A DNA stretch of 64,000 nucleotides from an uncultured virus (IMG/VR IMGVR_UViG_3300015263_001049) (lineage: Duplodnaviria > Heunggongvirae > Uroviricota > Caudoviricetes). The translations under genes and the position numbers were made by a program. The notes under the pieces were generated by a model, which did no database searches, had not been told where the DNA came from, and was given only the letters and a program-made list of their open reading frames with translations. Shown here piece after piece: positions 9,528 through 19,024 of the stretch. The stretch lies in IMG/VR virus record IMGVR_UViG_3300015263_001049, one strand, 5' to 3'. Every line of letters begins with the position of its first letter. Positions within the stretch are counted from its first letter, which is position 1.

Positions 9528-10451
9528 ATGGTCGACCATGCTCCATTGGTTGGGGAGGCGGTGGGGGACGCTCTCGGTATGGCCTTCGAGACGAAGGCCG
9601 CCGATGATGAGGCGCTCGCTCAATGGGATGGGGAAACGTTCCTCGCGAGCGAGTACCACGGACTGCGTCCAGGCCAGTGGACCGACGACACGATGATGGC
9701 GAAGTTCATCGCCGAGTCGATCGTGTCGTGTGGAGGCTTCTTCCCCCGAGACCTCGCTGACCGTTACCGAAGATGGTACCGCAGTAGCGACCATCGAGGC
9801 ATGGGGAAGACCACACGGGCCGCCCTCACCAATCTCGACAACGACATCCCGTGGACCCACTCAGGGATCGTAGGCGCCGAGGGTAACGGGACAGCGATGC
9901 GTGCCGCCCCCATCGGCTTCTTCTACCACGAGGACATCATAACGGTTCGCGAGTTCGCCAAGATGGACGCTCGCATCACCCACGCCTCTTTGGAGGCGGA
10001 GCAAGGGTCCGTCGCGGTTGGAGTAGGTGTTGCCATGCTTACGGTCGGAGCCGACCTCAAGGCCATGGTCAACGGAGTCATCAATCACCTGGAGGACTCG
10101 GAAGTGAAGCGGGGGTTGGAGAAGGTAGCCTTCTACCAACGCCAGAACGACCTCCCACCGTCTGAAGCTCTACGGGTCATCGGAACGTCCGCTCGGGTCA
10201 CGGAGACGGTCCCGTCTGCGTTCGCTGCTCTAGCCTTGACCAAGGATTTTGTAGAGGCAATCCAAGTCGCTATCCGAGCTGGCGGGGACACGGACACGAC
10301 CGCTGCGATTACGGGAGCGCTTGCGGGGACCTACTACGGGTTCGACGCCATCCCTAAGAAGTGGCTGGGAATCGAGAGCTTCAACCATCTCCGTCGACTT
10401 GAGCGTTGCATCGCCAGGGGTCCTAGAAGCGACGCTCTCTGGATCCTCTAG
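9528..10451 (+). CDS. ADP-ribosylglycohydrolase (DraG/ARH family)
   Basis: 'GDALG', 'WTDDT', 'GNGTAMRAAP' and 'GGDTDT' motifs. Confidence 0.92.
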   Translation: MVDHAPLVGEAVGDALGMAFETKAADDEALAQWDGETFLASEYHGLRPGQWTDDTMMAKFIAESIVSCGGFFPRDLADRYRRWYRSSDHRGMGKTTRAALTNLDNDIPWTHSGIVGAEGNGTAMRAAPIGFFYHEDIITVREFAKMDARITHASLEAEQGSVAVGVGVAMLTVGADLKAMVNGVINHLEDSEVKRGLEKVAFYQRQNDLPPSEALRVIGTSARVTETVPSAFAALALTKDFVEAIQVAIRAGGDTDTTAAITGALAGTYYGFDAIPKKWLGIESFNHLRRLERCIARGPRSDALWIL

Positions 10452-10682
10452 GATGCGCTCAAACCTCGTTCGGGGTGGAACCGGAGGCGTTAGCGGATAG
10501 TACGTGTACCCGTAGCGAGGCCCGGACATCGGCTTCCTGATGAGAACATCGCTCCGAGCCAAGGCGGAGAGCTGCGAGGCTACGGATGCGGTCTTGGCCG
10601 TGAGAGCCTTGGCGATCTGAACGGCAGACCTCCCCGGATGTTGCTCAACGTAGCCTATGATCCGTTCCTTCAACGTAGGCAT
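10230..10682 (-). CDS. winged-HTH-like protein carrying an RTRFERI tag
   Basis: 'RIIGYVEQHPGRSAVQIAKAL...VASQLSALARSDVL'; the 3' part overlaps the ARH gene antisense, so the true end is uncertain. Confidence 0.55.
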   Translation of the reverse strand: MPTLKERIIGYVEQHPGRSAVQIAKALTAKTASVASQLSALARSDVLIRKPMSGPRYGYTYYPLTPPVPPRTRFERILEDPESVASRTPGDATLKSTEMVEALDSQPLLRDGVEPVVGPRKRSRNRSGRVRVPASSDSDLDCLYKILGQG

Positions 10683-10688
10683 GGTGAG

Positions 10689-10763
10689 TGGTCCTGACGG
10701 GACTCGAACCCGCAAACCTGTACGGATTTAGAATCCGCCGCTCGGCCATTGAGCTTCAGGACC
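10689..10763 (-). tRNA. tRNA with CUA anticodon (amber suppressor)
   Basis: GGTCCTG/CAGGACC acceptor, GCTC/GAGC D-stem, GCGGA-TTCTAAA-TCCGT anticodon arm, GCGGG-TTCGAGT-CCCGT T-arm; A73, no encoded CCA; A8 and an 8-nt variable region are slightly atypical. Confidence 0.85.
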
Positions 10764-10771
10764 GTGCGTAA

Positions 10772-10781
10772 GGTGTACACC
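10772..10781. promoter_or_regulatory. palindromic GGTGTACACC: probable bidirectional GGTGTA-class promoter for pyrC (+) and tRNA (-)
   Basis: GGTGTA reads on both strands; 9 nt to the pyrC ATG and 12 nt to the tRNA 5' end. Confidence 0.6.
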
Positions 10782-10786
10782 AAGGG

Positions 10787-11812
10787 ATGACAAGCCTTGA
10801 GATCCCTACGCCCGACGACCTTCATGTTCACCTTCGTCAAGACGGGATGCTCGGCCCGGCTGTTGACCACTCGGCCCTGCACTTCGGCCGCGTCCTCGTA
10901 ATGCCCAACCTCACACCACCCGTCAAGACGGGTGAGGAAGCCTTCAAGTACCGAGAGGACATCCTCGCTCTCCGACGTGAGCAAGGCTTCCCCAAGAGCT
11001 TCGAGCCGCTCATGACGATCAAGATCACGGGTGACACGACCCCGGAGATCGTTCGTGAGGCTCACGCTCGATGCGCCATCGCCGGGAAGCTCTACCCCGA
11101 GGGGGTCACGACCAACTCCGAGGACGGCGTTCGGGACCTGTTTGCACTCGCCCCAGTCTTCAAGGCCATGGAGGACGTTGGGATGGTCCTATCCCTCCAC
11201 GGTGAGACCCCAGGCGTCTTTTGCATGGACCGGGAGATCGCCTTCTTGAGCACGTTTGGGGCCATTGCGATGCAGTTTCCAAAGCTCCGCATCGTGTTGG
11301 AGCACATCACGACGCAGCAAGCGGTCAAGACCGTGAAGGGGCTTCCAAACAACGTCGCCGCCACCATCACGGTCCACCATCTCGTGCTCACGCTCGACGA
11401 CGTGGTAGGTGGAATGCTCAACCCTCACAATTTTTGCAAGCCTATCGCGAAGTCGCCCGACGACCGGGAAGTGCTCCGAGAGGCCGCCATCTCCGGAAAC
11501 CCCAAGTTCTTCCTCGGGACCGACTCGGCTCCTCACGTAAGAGCCAAGAAAGAATGCGCTTCCGGATGCGCTGGGGTCTACACGGCTCCGGTGGCGATGC
11601 CGATCCTCGCTCAAGTCTTCGAGGAAGAGAACGCCTTGGGAATGCTGGCTGACTTCACCTCGACTTTTGGCGCCAAGTTCTACAGATTGCCCACACCGCT
11701 CGGGAAGCTCCGACTTGAAAAAGGTGACCCATGGGTCATCCCGGACTGCTACGGGGACATCGTCCCCCTTTGGGCAGGTCGCGAAATCAACTGGCGAGCG
11801 GAGCGGTTGTAA
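10787..11812 (+). CDS. pyrC: dihydroorotase (homodimeric, E. coli type)
   Basis: 'DDLHVHLR', 'MPNL', 'KLYPEGVTTNS', 'LHGE', 'LEHITT', 'FLGTDSAPH'. Confidence 0.95.
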   Translation: MTSLEIPTPDDLHVHLRQDGMLGPAVDHSALHFGRVLVMPNLTPPVKTGEEAFKYREDILALRREQGFPKSFEPLMTIKITGDTTPEIVREAHARCAIAGKLYPEGVTTNSEDGVRDLFALAPVFKAMEDVGMVLSLHGETPGVFCMDREIAFLSTFGAIAMQFPKLRIVLEHITTQQAVKTVKGLPNNVAATITVHHLVLTLDDVVGGMLNPHNFCKPIAKSPDDREVLREAAISGNPKFFLGTDSAPHVRAKKECASGCAGVYTAPVAMPILAQVFEEENALGMLADFTSTFGAKFYRLPTPLGKLRLEKGDPWVIPDCYGDIVPLWAGREINWRAERL

Positions 11813-11845
11813 ACACGTTCCCCACAGCCTGTGGATAGAACGGGG

Positions 11846-11918
11846 CGCTCCCGGTGGGGCTCGAACCCACGACGACCAGATTTAGAATCCGGGCCTCTGC
11901 CAACTGAGGTACGGGAGC
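11846..11918 (-). tRNA. tRNA with CUA anticodon (amber suppressor)
   Basis: GCTCCCG/CGGGAGC acceptor, CCTC/GAGG D-stem, CCGGA-TTCTAAA-TCTGG anticodon arm, GTGGG-TTCGAGC-CCCAC T-arm; G73, no CCA. Confidence 0.9.
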
Positions 11919-11925
11919 TTGACGC

Positions 11926-12243
11926 TTAGGTTAGCGCCAAAGGAAGATTCTTACACAATCGTTTCGCCCCTGGTTCCAGGGCGAGGGCGGTTGTCTCATT
12001 GTCTCGGTCCGGTTCTTGGAATGCGGAAACGAGCAAGCCTTGATCCCCAGCCCGTTCAAGCAGGCGTAAAAGAGCCTCCTCGTTCGGAACCGTCAGGATC
12101 GCCAGGTGGTTCGATGTCTCGTACCAATGGCGGTCTACCTCGGGGTGCTGAGCCGAAAACTCCCGCAGGGCATGGGCCGCCTGGACGGCTTGCTGACCTG
12201 CGGGAAGATCCGACCTCACGACTAGGTAGAGCTTCGCAGCCAC
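11926..12243 (-). CDS. peptidyl-tRNA hydrolase PTH2-like protein
   Basis: 'KLYLVVRSDLPAGQQAVQAAHA' and 'FQEPDRDNETTALAL' match the PTH2 fold signature. Confidence 0.8.
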   Translation of the reverse strand: MAAKLYLVVRSDLPAGQQAVQAAHALREFSAQHPEVDRHWYETSNHLAILTVPNEEALLRLLERAGDQGLLVSAFQEPDRDNETTALALEPGAKRLCKNLPLALT

Positions 12244-12782
12244 GTGAAGCCCCACAGCTCCAAGTTCGCCGCAACTCGCTGGAGGAGCGAGGGACGCTGG
12301 CTTGGGGGCTTGGGGGGCTCCGGGGCCTTCTCTTCGACCACGGGAGGCTTGGGCGCCGGGGCGCCGTCCAGCCAGGCTCGGATGACGGCTTCGTTGTAGG
12401 TGGTCATCTGCTCGCTCGGGAGAACATCCGCGAGCCAACGGTGCAGCGTCTTGGCAGACACCACGTTCCAAGGGTGGACCTTGGCTTCGATGCTCTTGTA
12501 GGGACGGCCACGGAGAAGCCCCAGGAGGAGCAGCCAGACCCTCGTGACCGATCCAACGTTACGCTTCTCCCACCAGAGGGAATCCCTCTGAGGGCCTGTC
12601 TCGGGCCGTCTGAACGCCTTGGTGGCCCGTTTCCCGGTCACCTTGCGTCCATAGGCATCTCGCTGGGTCGGAGGGCACCCTTCCTTCCACTTGAGGGACT
12701 GGATCTCCTTGCGGAGCTTGGTGCCCTCTTCGGCCTTGTCCTTGATGAGCTGCTTGATCTGCTTCTTCGCGTTCTTGTCCAT
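12222..12782 (-). CDS. basic hypothetical protein upstream of PTH2
   Basis: RBS GGAG; 'LLLGLLRGRPYKSIE' motif; overlaps the PTH2 start. Confidence 0.7.
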   Translation of the reverse strand: MDKNAKKQIKQLIKDKAEEGTKLRKEIQSLKWKEGCPPTQRDAYGRKVTGKRATKAFRRPETGPQRDSLWWEKRNVGSVTRVWLLLLGLLRGRPYKSIEAKVHPWNVVSAKTLHRWLADVLPSEQMTTYNEAVIRAWLDGAPAPKPPVVEEKAPEPPKPPSQRPSLLQRVAANLELWGFTWLRSST

Positions 12783-12935
12783 GACTTCACTCCGTTTCTT
12801 CGTTCGGGGGTTACCGGGCACGAGGAAACGGAGCGGGCGGACCACGCGGGCCGTGCAGCTAGAAGAACGGGGGTTGTACCTACCAGTACCGGGACATCGA
12901 TCGGAGAGTAACCCCGGCCGGAGCCGGGGTCAACC

Positions 12936-13370
12936 TCACCGCGAGTTGGCGTCGTAGACCTCAGCGGTCTCGTAGCGGCACACGCCGGGACCGTCGTACA
13001 TCGGGCCGACAAGCCCGGTGAACTGGGGGGCGCCGACCAGCTCAGGACGGAGCCGTCCGTTGCTCTGCGTGCCCGTACGCTTGAAGCCAACGGCCGAGAG
13101 AGCGGCCACAAGCCCCGCTTCCGTCTTGAAGGTGGACCCTGCCAGGATCCCCTCCACGCCGACCACGCGGTACTCCCGGCTGTTTGGGAGGGAGGCGAGG
13201 ATCTGCCCGAGAAGCTCCTCTGCCTGACGGAGCTTCTTCTCGTTGGTGTCCGCCAACGACCTGTTACCCCCGTGAGCTTCGGTCCAAGCCGACACCGCGT
13301 TGGGGAGGTAGTCGACGGCGTCGAGTGCCGTCTTGATCCGTTCCACAACCGAACCGTTACGAACCGACAT
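12936..13370 (-). CDS. hypothetical protein
   Basis: RBS AAGGAG; 144 aa. Confidence 0.65.
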   Translation of the reverse strand: MSVRNGSVVERIKTALDAVDYLPNAVSAWTEAHGGNRSLADTNEKKLRQAEELLGQILASLPNSREYRVVGVEGILAGSTFKTEAGLVAALSAVGFKRTGTQSNGRLRPELVGAPQFTGLVGPMYDGPGVCRYETAEVYDANSR

Positions 13371-13382
13371 GATCAGCTCCTT

Positions 13383-13847
13383 TCAAGCCTGAAGCCAAAG
13401 CGGAAGCTCTTTGCCTTCCGCGAGATACTCTTCACGCATCTTGGCGAGCGCCGCCCGAGCTTCCCGGCGTTCCTCTTCCGCTCGGTCCTTTGCGAACTTG
13501 GCGAGGGCCGCGACATCCTCTTTGCTGTGCGGCTTGGCCGGGTCGTACTCACCGACGAAGAACCCCTGATCCCGTGCCGAGAAGCTGGGTTCGTCGTAGC
13601 TGGGCTTGCCCACGAGGTCGTAGCAAGCCGTGTGGTAGAGGCACGGGGGCTCCAGACCCTCACCCAGCTCGACCTCACGGCCAGAGCGGGTCTCCAGGCG
13701 ACCGTAGCCGTCGTAGGTCCCTCGCAGGGTCGAACCGTCCGGTTCGACGAGCACGGCCTCCGCAAGCCAGGCCGAAGCCGCACGGGTAGCGTTCGTCGCC
13801 CGAACCGAGTGCCCACACGCCTTGCAATCCCACGAGAAAAAACCCAT
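13383..13847 (-). CDS. hypothetical protein
   Basis: 'MGFFSWDCKACG..GTYDGYGR..DQGFF'; CGTCTA promoter upstream. Confidence 0.7.
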   Translation of the reverse strand: MGFFSWDCKACGHSVRATNATRAASAWLAEAVLVEPDGSTLRGTYDGYGRLETRSGREVELGEGLEPPCLYHTACYDLVGKPSYDEPSFSARDQGFFVGEYDPAKPHSKEDVAALAKFAKDRAEEERREARAALAKMREEYLAEGKELPLWLQA

Positions 13848-13912
13848 GACCCTTCACTCTCCCTTCGCTCTGTAGACGTTTGAGGCTCGCTAGATTCAAC
13901 CAAAATCGGGAA

Positions 13913-14122
13913 TCAGCGACCCCGGAAGTGCTCCCGGATGCCCGCCTGGATGGTGCGCACGGTTACCGCGTTCCAGCGGTACGACTTGGCGTCCAACACG
14001 AGGTTGGAGAGGGCCTCGTCCTCCGTGGACCCTGCGAGGGTGCCGAGGAAGTTCTCCACGGCGATCTTGCGAACCCCCTCGCCAACGGCCAACTCACGGA
14101 TGCGGTCAAACGTCAAAGACAT
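13913..14122 (-). CDS. small hypothetical protein
   Basis: RBS GAGGAGG and CGTCTA promoter. Confidence 0.65.
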   Translation of the reverse strand: MSLTFDRIRELAVGEGVRKIAVENFLGTLAGSTEDEALSNLVLDAKSYRWNAVTVRTIQAGIREHFRGR

Positions 14123-14179
14123 CGCCGTGCCTCCTCGCCTGGTAGACGTCGGAGGGGCCTGGGTTTGGACGTAAATCGA

Positions 14180-14674
14180 CTAGACTTTCGCTTTTCGGAT
14201 CATACCAGAGCGCCGCATCTGAGCGAGCGAGACCGCACTGTAGACCCACCCGATGACTCGACCGGGATCGTAGGGGCGTAGGATGATCTTGTATACCTTG
14301 CGGTCTTTGCGAGCCTCGACGACGTGGATGAGGTCGATGTGGGTTGTCAGGATGATCCCCATCAAAAAGGACGACTTTTCACTGGCTTTACGGATGATCT
14401 CCAAACCCGTACCGTCCGTGAGATGGTAGTCGGAGACAATTACGTCGAAGATGGGATCTCTCCAAAAGACCCTCATAGCCTGCGAAACCGTACTGGCGCA
14501 CACAACGTCAACGTGTGGAGAGAGCACAGGAACGAGGGATGGGTTTTCAACCCCGTCCTCCACGAGCAAGACTCTCCCACGTACTTTTCGGTTGGTCTCG
14601 TTTGAGACGTTGGCTATCGGCGACACCTTGATCCTAAATCTAGGTCCAAATTCAAATAGGTTCAACTTTATCAA
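14180..14674 (-). CDS. receiver (REC) domain protein
   Basis: 'VLLVED', 'FDVIVSDYHLTDGTGL', 'IILT'; start codon uncertain. Confidence 0.7.
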   Translation of the reverse strand: MIKLNLFEFGPRFRIKVSPIANVSNETNRKVRGRVLLVEDGVENPSLVPVLSPHVDVVCASTVSQAMRVFWRDPIFDVIVSDYHLTDGTGLEIIRKASEKSSFLMGIILTTHIDLIHVVEARKDRKVYKIILRPYDPGRVIGWVYSAVSLAQMRRSGMIRKAKV

Positions 14675-14953
14675 GAGGTTCCAAACCCTTGATAAAGTGA
14701 GACGTTACAGATGACAGCGCTCGCCGAGCTAGTCTTTAGCGGCGTCTGGGGATGCCATCGGGGGAATCGGAGGCATTGGCCCCTCCGTCACCGGGGGCCG
14801 GGTCAGGGACCAGATGATTCCCCCCAAGCACACGGCAAAGAGCACTGCGCCGAAGACCTTGATGATGGTACCGGGTGTCTTTGTCATACAGGAGCCAGTT
14901 CATAAGGATCCCATTGACGTACCGCCAGGTTCTTTTTTTGCCGCAGCTAGGCC

Positions 14954-15817
14954 GTGGACACCCTTGTCGTTCGAGTCGCCAATCGGCACCTCATCAGACT
15001 CGCCGTACAACAAGCGTGGTCGAAGGTACGTGTTGCGTCGGTCCCCGACCTGACCCCAGAGGTCGTTGTAGCGTTCGTGGAGCCATTCTACCTTCACTAC
15101 ACGAAGGTAGCTGGGTTCGGGGACATCGCTCGCAAAGTCGCGAAGCTCCTCGACCTCTTTCGGAAGGCTCCTCGACTATGGGACGCGTTCAAGGGAGCGT
15201 TAGACCTCCCCGCCGACTTTGACTCCTTGGGGGTGCTCGAAAAGGGTAAGGCTCTAGCGGCCAAGCTGAAAGAGTGGGCAGCTTCCGGGTGGAATGCCCT
15301 GAAGGACGTCTTCCACAAGATCCACGAGGCGTTCCCGATCTCGATGTTCTTCGTCCCGAAGCACAAGATGCCAGGGTTGACGGACCTGATGGAAAGGCTC
15401 GTGACCAAGGTGCCCTGGCTCGCCAAGGCTATCGCCGCAGCAGGTAGAGGCATCGGACACGTGGACACTTGGATCAACAAGAACCTCCCGACCTTCAAGC
15501 GGCCCGTCCTTGCGGCAGTCTTCGCGTGGGTCTGGTTCAACGTTGCCGAGCTGACGTGGGACCTCCCCTTTCTGGTTCGGGGCTTCACCGGGCTCTTGTC
15601 GCTCGGGGAGCTGTTCGCATCCCTCCCTGAGTCCGGGATCGGATTCATCGCAGCGGCCTTCGGGCTCGGGTTCCAAGCCCTCCCGGTAACGCTCGTAGCT
15701 CGTATCGTTTGGCTCGTCGCCAACCACTACCTTGAGTGGGTACCAGGGAAGGGTCTGAAGGTCCGTTGGGACCGGCTCGGCGTCAAAGACGAGCGGACCG
15801 AGATCGTCCCGGTGTGA
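14954..15817 (+). CDS. putative membrane protein with N-terminal RVANRHL tag
   Basis: 287 aa with a hydrophobic C-terminal half. Confidence 0.7.
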   Translation: MDTLVVRVANRHLIRLAVQQAWSKVRVASVPDLTPEVVVAFVEPFYLHYTKVAGFGDIARKVAKLLDLFRKAPRLWDAFKGALDLPADFDSLGVLEKGKALAAKLKEWAASGWNALKDVFHKIHEAFPISMFFVPKHKMPGLTDLMERLVTKVPWLAKAIAAAGRGIGHVDTWINKNLPTFKRPVLAAVFAWVWFNVAELTWDLPFLVRGFTGLLSLGELFASLPESGIGFIAAAFGLGFQALPVTLVARIVWLVANHYLEWVPGKGLKVRWDRLGVKDERTEIVPV

Positions 15818-15826
15818 TCAACTTGG

Positions 15827-16333
15827 ATGCCGATCACGTATCTCCGGGGTGACGCCACGGTCCCTCAAGCCAAAGGGACCAAGCTCATCGTCCACGTGTG
15901 CAACACCCTCGGCGGTTGGGGTGCAGGCTTCGTGGTCGCGATCTCCAAGCGCTGGAGCGAGCCAGAGGCGATGTACCGCCAGTGGTACAGGCAGCGAGAT
16001 CCTATCAACAACACGGAGCCTGGAGCGATCGTCATGACCTCGGGTCGGTTCCAGCTCGGGGAAACCCAGCTCGTGATGGTCCAGTCGGGACTAGCTGTCG
16101 TGAACATGATCGCTCAGGAAGGCATGCGAACCGGGAGCAAAGGCCCTCCTATCCGCTACGAAGCCCTCCGTACGACCCTTGGGCACATCAACGGGTACGC
16201 CGATTCCTTCAAGGCTTCCGTGCATATGCCTCGGATCGGATGCGGGTTGGCGGGCGGGAAGTGGTCGGAGGTCGAACCCCTCATCCAAGACACACTCGCT
16301 GAGAGAGACGTGTACGTGTACGATTTCGGCTGA
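15827..16333 (+). CDS. macrodomain protein (Poa1p/DarG-like ADP-ribose hydrolase)
   Basis: 'GDAT', 'HVCNTLGGWGAGF', 'MPRIGCGLAGGKW'. Confidence 0.9.
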   Translation: MPITYLRGDATVPQAKGTKLIVHVCNTLGGWGAGFVVAISKRWSEPEAMYRQWYRQRDPINNTEPGAIVMTSGRFQLGETQLVMVQSGLAVVNMIAQEGMRTGSKGPPIRYEALRTTLGHINGYADSFKASVHMPRIGCGLAGGKWSEVEPLIQDTLAERDVYVYDFG

Positions 16334-16362
16334 AATTGGAGGCCGTCAATCGTCTACGTAGC

Positions 16363-16695
16363 ATGAGTTACGATTGGCGTGCTGAGGAGAAGGCGAGACT
16401 CCAAAAGAGCCTCAAGGATGACACCTACCTCATGAACGGGGTCCTCTGTTGGACTTCGTGCCGGAGCCAGGAAGACCGGCCGGTTCCGATGCACGTCTTC
16501 AAGGACGCTGGCGTCGAGCCCCCTCCCGGCCAGAAAGCCGCCTGCGAGGCCCATACGAGCGCATCCATCGCTGCCTACCGCAAGGCCATGGAGAACTACG
16601 TGCCGAGCGACGAGGAGATGTTCGAGATGCGGGCCGCCTTCGGCCCCGGCACCACGGTCGTCAACGTCATCACGGGGAAGGAGACCAAGCTGTGA
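16363..16695 (+). CDS. hypothetical protein (leaderless)
   Basis: ATG 6 nt after CGTCTA; C-terminal 'EMRAAFGPGTTVVNVITG'. Confidence 0.7.
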   Translation: MSYDWRAEEKARLQKSLKDDTYLMNGVLCWTSCRSQEDRPVPMHVFKDAGVEPPPGQKAACEAHTSASIAAYRKAMENYVPSDEEMFEMRAAFGPGTTVVNVITGKETKL

Positions 16696-16762
16696 AGCCG
16701 CCCGTCGTTCACCAGAACACTCTGCCGTCGCAGGTCGATTGCAAGTGCTGCAAGGAGCCGTC

Positions 16763-17092
16763 ATGAAGAACCAAGCCATCAAGCCCGAGGGTCTCAGCCC
16801 GGACGGCGAGCGAGCTTTCGAGATCATCGTCAATCACCTCAAGAGCCACGGCTCGGAGGTGAAGGGGGAGCTTCAAGCCTTCTGGAACCCGAAGGACTAC
16901 GATGGGGAGTACGGGCGGGACTCTCTGCTCATCATCATGTACGATGGGCTCAACGACATCGGGAAGTTCTTTTCGTTGGATCAGGACTACCCGAAGTACA
17001 AGAACCAGGACCCAATGCGTGAGGCGTTGGAGGCAGCCGGGTTCTACGCCGACGAGTGTACCGGCTACTACGCCGCCGTCTACAAGAGGTGA
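16763..17092 (+). CDS. hypothetical protein
   Basis: RBS AAGGAG. Confidence 0.6.
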   Translation: MKNQAIKPEGLSPDGERAFEIIVNHLKSHGSEVKGELQAFWNPKDYDGEYGRDSLLIIMYDGLNDIGKFFSLDQDYPKYKNQDPMREALEAAGFYADECTGYYAAVYKR

Positions 17093-17473
17093 CCTATGGA
17101 CCCAAACGCAAACTGGCAAGAACAGCAGCGCATCCAAGCTCGCGGAGCCAAGACCCCAGCAGATAGGGAGCGGCTCCGCGAGCTGAGGTCCGCTCTCAAC
17201 GAGTGGCTCCGCAACGGAGGGTTCCCGCCTCGTGGTGTAACCCGCTAGTGTGAGCCGCATAGAAGCCCCCTGGACCGAGGACCAAGTCCTCTCCCTCAAC
17301 GGCTTCCAGAAGAGCCCTCGGTACCATCCGTTCACGGGCGAACGGGACAAGAAGGGTCGGGAGACCATCCTCATCGCAACCACAAAGGGTTGGGTTGAGC
17401 ACTTGGGGGGTCCGGTTGTTCAGACATGGGCTCACGCCTTCATGGCGGACGGGTCGTGGAAAAGCTCCCAGCG

Positions 17474-17956
17474 GTGAGACCTCCCGACCGTGAGCGCTGG
17501 AAGATCGTCAGCATTACGGGTCACCGGGACCTGAGCCCCAAAGACCTACGGTTGGTTCAACGAGGGCTCCAAGCCCTCGTCAACAACAAGACGATCGACG
17601 CCATCTACTTCGGTGGTGCCAAAGGAACGGACACGGAGGCTCTCAAGGCGGCCGTGGGGTTTCGGACCGGGACGCGACCTCACCTCGTGGTCGTGGTCCC
17701 GGACACCGTAGACGCCCAACCTTGGGGCACGCGTGAGTGGACCCGCAAAGCCGACGAGGTCATCGAGCTTCGGAACCCCATCACCCAGGACGACAAGTTC
17801 AAGAGCTACCGCCTCCGCAACCAGTACCTCGTAGACATCTGCACCTTCTTGGTCGCCTTCTGGAACGGCGACTACAAGAGCGGGACCGGGCAAGCTGTAC
17901 GGATGGCGGAGAAGGATGGGCTCTTCGTCTACAAGTTCCCCGTGACAGGGCGGTGA
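17474..17956 (+). CDS. SLOG-superfamily (DprA/YspA-like) nucleotide-binding protein
   Basis: 'SITGHR', 'GGAKGTD', 'RNQYLVD', 'AFWNG..SGT'. Confidence 0.75.
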   Translation: MRPPDRERWKIVSITGHRDLSPKDLRLVQRGLQALVNNKTIDAIYFGGAKGTDTEALKAAVGFRTGTRPHLVVVVPDTVDAQPWGTREWTRKADEVIELRNPITQDDKFKSYRLRNQYLVDICTFLVAFWNGDYKSGTGQAVRMAEKDGLFVYKFPVTGR

Positions 17957-17987
17957 TGCTCTGATCTTGCTATAGCGAAGGCGAGTT

Positions 17988-18281
17988 ATGCCCAACTACG
18001 ATCGTCGCGCCACCGTAGATGACACCTTCACCAAGTGGTACGAGAGTCTTTCATCCCCGGCCATCCAAAGGCTGCGAGCCATGGATGACGCGTTCGTCGG
18101 AACGCCAAACTACATGGGCATCGTTTACTTCTGGAACATCGAGTACAAGTTCTCTCTTCGAGACGCCCCGCCAAGCAAGCGAATCGAAGTCCACAACGCC
18201 TTCCTGAAGGCGGGTCTGGACGTTTCCGGCGTTAGTTCAAAACACGCAGCAATCTTGAGGAAGTTCGGGCTTGGCTTCTAA
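17988..18281 (+). CDS. hypothetical protein with N-terminal YDRR tag
   Basis: begins MPNYDRRA. Confidence 0.65.
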   Translation: MPNYDRRATVDDTFTKWYESLSSPAIQRLRAMDDAFVGTPNYMGIVYFWNIEYKFSLRDAPPSKRIEVHNAFLKAGLDVSGVSSKHAAILRKFGLGF

Positions 18282-19024
18282 ACCTCGACCGTCTTCTTCT
18301 GGTCGAAGTCCGGGTTCGGTTCCCGAGGTAGCCTACTCCGTACGTAGCCGAACGGGTTGCAGACCACGCGGGTCTTCCCGACCACGTAGTCGAAGCTCGA
18401 ATGCGTGTGGCCGTGAATCCAGAGCTTCGCCTCACCGTGCTCTACGATGTCCCCGACGTTGTGGACGAAGTAGTGGTTGAGCGGGGAGGTAGCCCATTGA
18501 GGCGCGATGCTATTCACGTGCGGGACGAAGTGGGTCACCACCACGTCGCCCGGTTGAATCGTGTCGCGTAGCCACTTGGCCGACGCCTTCGCCTTGTCGT
18601 GAAGCCAGGTTTGCGTCCCCTCGATGTATGCGAAGTCCCCCATGTCCCGGTCCTCCTTGAGAGGGATCGGGTGTTCGTACCAAAGGGTGCAGCCGATGAA
18701 ACGCTGCCCTTGGATTGTGGTCGTCCCCAGTTCCAAGAAGTGAACGTTGGGGCAGTCCCGCTGGACTTGCCGAACTTCCTCCAAGGCTTCACCCAACGAC
18801 CCACCGTACAGCTCGTGATTACCCAAAGTGTAGACGACAGGACGAGGAGCTACGGCCTTCGCGAGCCGTTGAATCGAACGGTGGAGCGTAGGGCAGCTTG
18901 AGATGTCCCCGGCCAAAACGAGCACGTCAAAGTCCCCACGGGTGGACTTCCGGGTCATCACGCCCCCGGAATCCATGTGAAACTCGAAATGGAGATCGGA
19001 GAGTACGCGCAGACGTAGCGTCAT
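18278..19024 (-). CDS. calcineurin-like metallophosphoesterase
   Basis: 'SDLH', 'LAGDI', 'GNHE', 'VVTH', 'HGHTH', 'NPFGY'. Confidence 0.92.
   Translation of the reverse strand: MTLRLRVLSDLHFEFHMDSGGVMTRKSTRGDFDVLVLAGDISSCPTLHRSIQRLAKAVAPRPVVYTLGNHELYGGSLGEALEEVRQVQRDCPNVHFLELGTTTIQGQRFIGCTLWYEHPIPLKEDRDMGDFAYIEGTQTWLHDKAKASAKWLRDTIQPGDVVVTHFVPHVNSIAPQWATSPLNHYFVHNVGDIVEHGEAKLWIHGHTHSSFDYVVGKTRVVCNPFGYVRSRLPREPNPDFDQKKTVEV

Noticed and set aside
10689..11918. tRNA-Pyl or YrlA identity for the CUA tRNAs
   Set aside because: Both have canonical D-loop GG and TTCGA T-loops, unlike tRNA-Pyl, and intact anticodon arms, unlike YrlA; no pyl genes are seen.
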